DNA of 20,683 bases from Nanobdellota archaeon. GTDB lineage: Archaea > Nanobdellota > Nanobdellia > Woesearchaeales > JAHWHD01. The position numbers and the translations under genes are program-made. Position 1 is the first letter of the stretch. The number at the start of each line of letters is the position of its first letter. Where the stretch lies: the NCBI GenBank assembly GCA_034722435.1, contig JAYENX010000004.1, positions 1 to 20,683 of the forward strand. The letters run 5' to 3'. Below, piece after piece: positions 16,768 to 20,683 of this stretch. The notes under the pieces were generated by a model, which saw only the letters and a program-made list of their open reading frames with translations, had not been told where the DNA came from and ran no database searches.

Positions 16768-18774
16768 TTATTTCAAATACTTTTTTCTTCGTTCTAGTCT
16801 TGCTTTCTTCCTCTGCTTGACTAGTTTTTCGAATTCCTTGTCGTCTAATCCTGCGAACCATTTTTCGTCCTTTACAACCTTTCTTCCAGAGACGCCTCTC
16901 CACATTCTTGTGAAGACGTTCACATCACTGATTCCAGGTACTTCTGTTTCTTTTTTAGGAGCTTTCTTTGCAGGTTTAGCTTTTTTCTTGTCGTCTTTTC
17001 TTTTGAAAATCTTTGGACCAAAAGCTAAAAGTAGTAATGCAATCACCCATTTCCAACTTGTAACCATAAATCCGCTGAATACTGCCCATGCTCTGCCTAC
17101 TAAAGATTGTTCGTTATACTCAACACATTCAATGTCAAGCACTTCGCCGTCCTCTCCAATGACAGGTACTGACTTCATTCCATCAGCTTGACAAGTATCC
17201 ATTAGCTCTTGAACCTCTTCTTCTGTTAATCCTAAGATTTCATTAACAGGTTCTTCTTCCTCATCTTCTTCAGGCACTACATTCTTTTCAGCATGTATTG
17301 CGAACTCTGAAAATCCTGGAAGGTCAGATTCAAAATAATGATACTCATCATCAACAAAGATTTGTTCAGTAGGAAGTTTGTTCCAACCCTGATCATATCT
17401 GTGAAGAGCAGTTGTTGAAAGGTTAAGGTCATTCTCTGTGTACCATGTTTTAAGCACTTTAAACCTCGCCTTCACATAACTAAACTCTTCATTTGCTACG
17501 TTCTGATGGTTGATGACGTCAAATTCATAGACTTCACCTTCTAAATTTTTCTTTAGTCTCTCTAGTAATCTGCCAACGCTAAGTATTACAGTTCTTTTGA
17601 CATCATCTTTAACTGCGAATTCTAGTTCATATATCGCAATATCTTCACTGCCAACTTCCATTACATACTTATCTTTTGACGCTAGTAACTGGTCATAGAT
17701 ATGCGTTACATAGTTACCAAAAGGTAAAGCTAATCCGCTTATCATTCCACTACTACCGCCGCTTCTTCTACTAGGAGGACTATCCCCACAATTTTGTGTT
17801 TCCACGGTGACTTGCGTAACTCCGCAAACTCCTGAATGATTATAATATGTTAAATTTCTTGTTCTTTGTCCGCTTGTACATGTGCCCCATTCAGTATAAA
17901 TTGGACCTTCTTGTGTACATGTTGCATCCTGATGTATCAACGAAAAATCTTGAGTTTCAACTGCTCCGTTAACAATAGTAACTGAAGCTGTTGCATCGTT
18001 ATACTCAACCATTGAAACAACTACATCATATGTACCTGCTGGAACATCTACTGTATAGTTACCTGTTCCACTAGTTGTTACAATTGCAACTGTTACGTTA
18101 CCTTGATTCAATGATACGGTTGCGCCATTGATATATTCAGAATTGTTAGTGTAATTATTTACAACTCCTTGCAATGTTCCTGTTACTGCAAACTGTGAAA
18201 GTTCCATATCTACAGTTTCATTTGCATCTTTAATAATTACAACACCCTGTGTTGAATTATCTCCATAACCTGGTGTTGAAGCTAGTACTGTGTACGTACC
18301 TGGAGCAACTACTGGTAATTCATATTCTCCGTTACCATCTGTTGATGTGTAATATGTATTATTGCCTGTAACAATAATGCTTACTCCTGATAATACTCCT
18401 GTACTATTTGTTATTGTTCCGTTAATATGCCCTATTGATAAAGGTCCTAAGGTTCTATTAACTGTATAGTTAACTTCATCTTCAACAACTTTATCAAACT
18501 CATCATCATCATATCCTACTGCAGTAAAGTTAAACACATAATGTGTATTAACTGTTACATCTGTATTTAATATGTAAAAACCATTAACATCTGTAACATT
18601 ACTAGTTACCAAATTACTTGATAGATCGTAAATACCTACTGACGCTCCTGGGATAATTGCGCCTGTAGCGTCTGTTACTGTACCATTAATTATTTCTGCA
18701 GCTGATGCTGCTGTAATTGAAATTAAAAAAATTGTTAAGATTGTAAGTAGTCCGAATAATTTATTACCTTTCAT
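16768..18774 (-). CDS. Cell-surface protein: signal peptide, three carboxypeptidase-regulatory-like beta-sandwich repeats, Cys/Trp module, PGF-pre-PGF domain, TM, Lys-rich tail
   Basis: INGTVTDATGAIIPGASV / INGTITNSTGVLSGVSI / LQGVVNN...INGATV repeats; YHYFESDLPGFSEFAI; WKWVIALLLLAFG; SD GGTGA inside the upstream gene's end. Confidence 0.88.
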   Translation of the reverse strand: MKGNKLFGLLTILTIFLISITAASAAEIINGTVTDATGAIIPGASVGIYDLSSNLVTSNVTDVNGFYILNTDVTVNTHYVFNFTAVGYDDDEFDKVVEDEVNYTVNRTLGPLSIGHINGTITNSTGVLSGVSIIVTGNNTYYTSTDGNGEYELPVVAPGTYTVLASTPGYGDNSTQGVVIIKDANETVDMELSQFAVTGTLQGVVNNYTNNSEYINGATVSLNQGNVTVAIVTTSGTGNYTVDVPAGTYDVVVSMVEYNDATASVTIVNGAVETQDFSLIHQDATCTQEGPIYTEWGTCTSGQRTRNLTYYNHSGVCGVTQVTVETQNCGDSPPSRRSGGSSGMISGLALPFGNYVTHIYDQLLASKDKYVMEVGSEDIAIYELEFAVKDDVKRTVILSVGRLLERLKKNLEGEVYEFDVINHQNVANEEFSYVKARFKVLKTWYTENDLNLSTTALHRYDQGWNKLPTEQIFVDDEYHYFESDLPGFSEFAIHAEKNVVPEEDEEEEPVNEILGLTEEEVQELMDTCQADGMKSVPVIGEDGEVLDIECVEYNEQSLVGRAWAVFSGFMVTSWKWVIALLLLAFGPKIFKRKDDKKKAKPAKKAPKKETEVPGISDVNVFTRMWRGVSGRKVVKDEKWFAGLDDKEFEKLVKQRKKARLERRKKYLK

Positions 18775-18775
18775 T

Positions 18776-20683
18776 TTAGTTCACCACAATGTCGTTACCA
18801 GAGCTTGTTGAGCCTGGTGCTAGTATTACGTTTTCAGGTCTAGCAATATATGCTGCACCCGTATCAATATCATACGCAATTGAAGTCACTAGTCCGTTTA
18901 CAATGTAATCTCCGTTAACATCTGCATTTAATATCTGAACAACATTAGTTGTACCAGTTTCATAAACTACGATATTTGAGTCTGCAACTCTAGTAAGTCC
19001 TGTGGTAGCGTTAAACACTGCACCTAATATTTTGCCTGAGTTAACTCCTGGAGTTAAAGTTACATTTTGAACTGTACTGTTACCTGCAGCGATATCAACA
19101 ATTGCAATTGCACTGTCAAATCCTGACTTTGTAATTCTCAATGTATATGTAGATTGATTGATACCTGCGAATTCATAATCGCCTGTCTCATTTGTTTTTG
19201 TTGAGTAGATTGTTGAAGCTCCAAGTCTAAGTTCAACTAAAGCGTTAAAGATATTGTTGTTAGCATCGCTAACTTTTCCACTTAAGTTGCCCGTAATGCT
19301 TGTAGGTATTTCTAACACTGCATCAACTACTGTAATTTGTCCACTTGTTACTGATACATTATCAGTTTGGTTCTGGTTTAATCCAGGACTATAAACTAAT
19401 ACATCGTATGAACCTTCATCAGCCCATAACGAATATGTGCCGTTAGCGTCAGCAACTGTAGCATTGACTGTTACTGCTCCTTGTTTAATCTCAACAATTG
19501 CGCCTGATACATTATTACCATCAGAATCTGTAACATGTCCATCAACCATTCCTACTCTCTCAACTTCAAATGTGAAGTTAGCAGGTGCGAATGAACTTGC
19601 TGAGTTATTGTCAAAACATTCTACGTTCCAGATATAATTACCTGAACTTAGATCTGTAAGTGTAAAATTGTCAAAAGGAGTTGAATCATCAGATGAATCA
19701 TTTGTCCATACTCCTGTTGTGTCTGTATATAATGTACAGTTATCAACTTGATTATCGTCAGTTGCTGTGTAATCAAAATTAACATCTCCTGTATAAGTTC
19801 TTATTACTGAACTGTTAGGTGATACTAAAGTAACAACTGGTGCATCGTCAGTTGAATCAACTACTGCGATGTCCCATGCATAGTTAACTATATTGCTACT
19901 GTCATCTTCTGCTCTTACTGTAATATTGTATGTTTTCTCAGTATCAAATGATGTGTAATCAAATGTTCTGAATGAACCTGAGGTTACATTAACATCTGTT
20001 CTGTTAACAATACCGTCAACAATCCATGTTACTGTCATGTTACTTCCTTCTGCATCAGTAAATGTTGCATTGAAAAGTTGTGTATCATCAACATTTAATG
20101 TTAAAGGTGTAACTGGCGTTGTTAATGTGATTGTAGGTGCTTGATTAGCTGGAAGAGTTGATACTGAATTAAGTGCACCAGGTGTACCCAAATCAACTAA
20201 GCTTTCATTCCAGTTAACTGCTGTATTATCATCTGAAGCTGAATCTATCTTTTCTAGAGTTCTACCATTACCATCAGCTCCCCATGTGTCTGAGTACGTA
20301 ACTGAAGTTGTGTAAGTGTTAGTTGAATCGTTCAGTTCAACTGTCTCTCCTCCGTTTTCAAGTCCGCCACAAAGGCTTGCTGCATCTACGTGGAAAGCAA
20401 GAGCTCCGTTATCAACATTATAATTATCATAAACATCTGTGCCTGAACTGCCGTCTGTAATAACTGCATAACTGTTTGCAGATATTATCATTGGATTATC
20501 TAGGTATGTGTTGCCGTCTGTATGGTTTATGTATCCACCTTGAAGCAAGTCACCGCACAGGGTCCATCCTGACATGTCTATAGCAAATGACTCGTTATTA
20601 TAGATCTCAATCCATTCATTGTAGGAATTGTCAAGGTTAGGATTGTAGTCAATTTCATTTATCACAACATTACCTGTTGTAGC
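18776..20683 (-). CDS. Secreted protein, 5'-truncated: lamin-tail domain (LTD), two Ig-like domains, three carboxypeptidase-regulatory-like repeats; no C-terminal anchor
   Basis: Frame is open to the window end (ATTGNVVINEIDYNP...NEWIEIYN...DMSGWTL...LENGGETVEL...GRTLE); ends NDIVVN* one base before the next ATG. Confidence 0.88.
   Translation of the reverse strand, partial: ATTGNVVINEIDYNPNLDNSYNEWIEIYNNESFAIDMSGWTLCGDLLQGGYINHTDGNTYLDNPMIISANSYAVITDGSSGTDVYDNYNVDNGALAFHVDAASLCGGLENGGETVELNDSTNTYTTSVTYSDTWGADGNGRTLEKIDSASDDNTAVNWNESLVDLGTPGALNSVSTLPANQAPTITLTTPVTPLTLNVDDTQLFNATFTDAEGSNMTVTWIVDGIVNRTDVNVTSGSFRTFDYTSFDTEKTYNITVRAEDDSSNIVNYAWDIAVVDSTDDAPVVTLVSPNSSVIRTYTGDVNFDYTATDDNQVDNCTLYTDTTGVWTNDSSDDSTPFDNFTLTDLSSGNYIWNVECFDNNSASSFAPANFTFEVERVGMVDGHVTDSDGNNVSGAIVEIKQGAVTVNATVADANGTYSLWADEGSYDVLVYSPGLNQNQTDNVSVTSGQITVVDAVLEIPTSITGNLSGKVSDANNNIFNALVELRLGASTIYSTKTNETGDYEFAGINQSTYTLRITKSGFDSAIAIVDIAAGNSTVQNVTLTPGVNSGKILGAVFNATTGLTRVADSNIVVYETGTTNVVQILNADVNGDYIVNGLVTSIAYDIDTGAAYIARPENVILAPGSTSSGNDIVVN

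Noticed and set aside
20663-20665. ORF-track start of the LTD protein
   Set aside because: GTG inside a frame open to nt 20683; the gene is 5'-truncated.

Overview
AT-rich archaeal chromosomal window, most likely from a DPANN lineage such as Woesearchaeota. This is inferred from Rpp21, a NIP7-like gene, Dph2, a COG1031-type radical SAM enzyme, PEF-CTERM and PGF-pre-PGF surface proteins, and TATA promoters mostly 29-33 nt from leaderless ATGs. Both ends are large secreted or surface glycoprotein genes cut by the window edges. The middle holds RNA/translation-related genes, a wHTH-Nudix regulator divergent from a Nudix hydrolase, an SPFH gene and several ORFans. Signals the ORF track does not explain: (1) a kink-turn hairpin RNA with its own TATA box at ~11503-11576, resembling an ACA-less H/ACA pseudouridylation guide whose pocket matches the 23S H69/H71 junction; (2) an operon of five small ORFs, two missing from the track (a 33-aa CxxC-x10-CxxC peptide and a 46-aa coiled coil), behind a ~110-nt structured leader with a terminator-like GAAA hairpin, ending in two divergent 136-aa paralogs; (3) the same palindrome TATTTAAATA centred between two divergent gene pairs; (4) a stand-alone Dph2 domain 1; (5) domain-within-domain insertions in the giant surface protein; (6) nine tandem in-frame TAA stops after rnp4. 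No integrase, transposase, CRISPR array, reverse transcriptase, tRNA or rRNA was seen. All family calls are by eye, without database searches.
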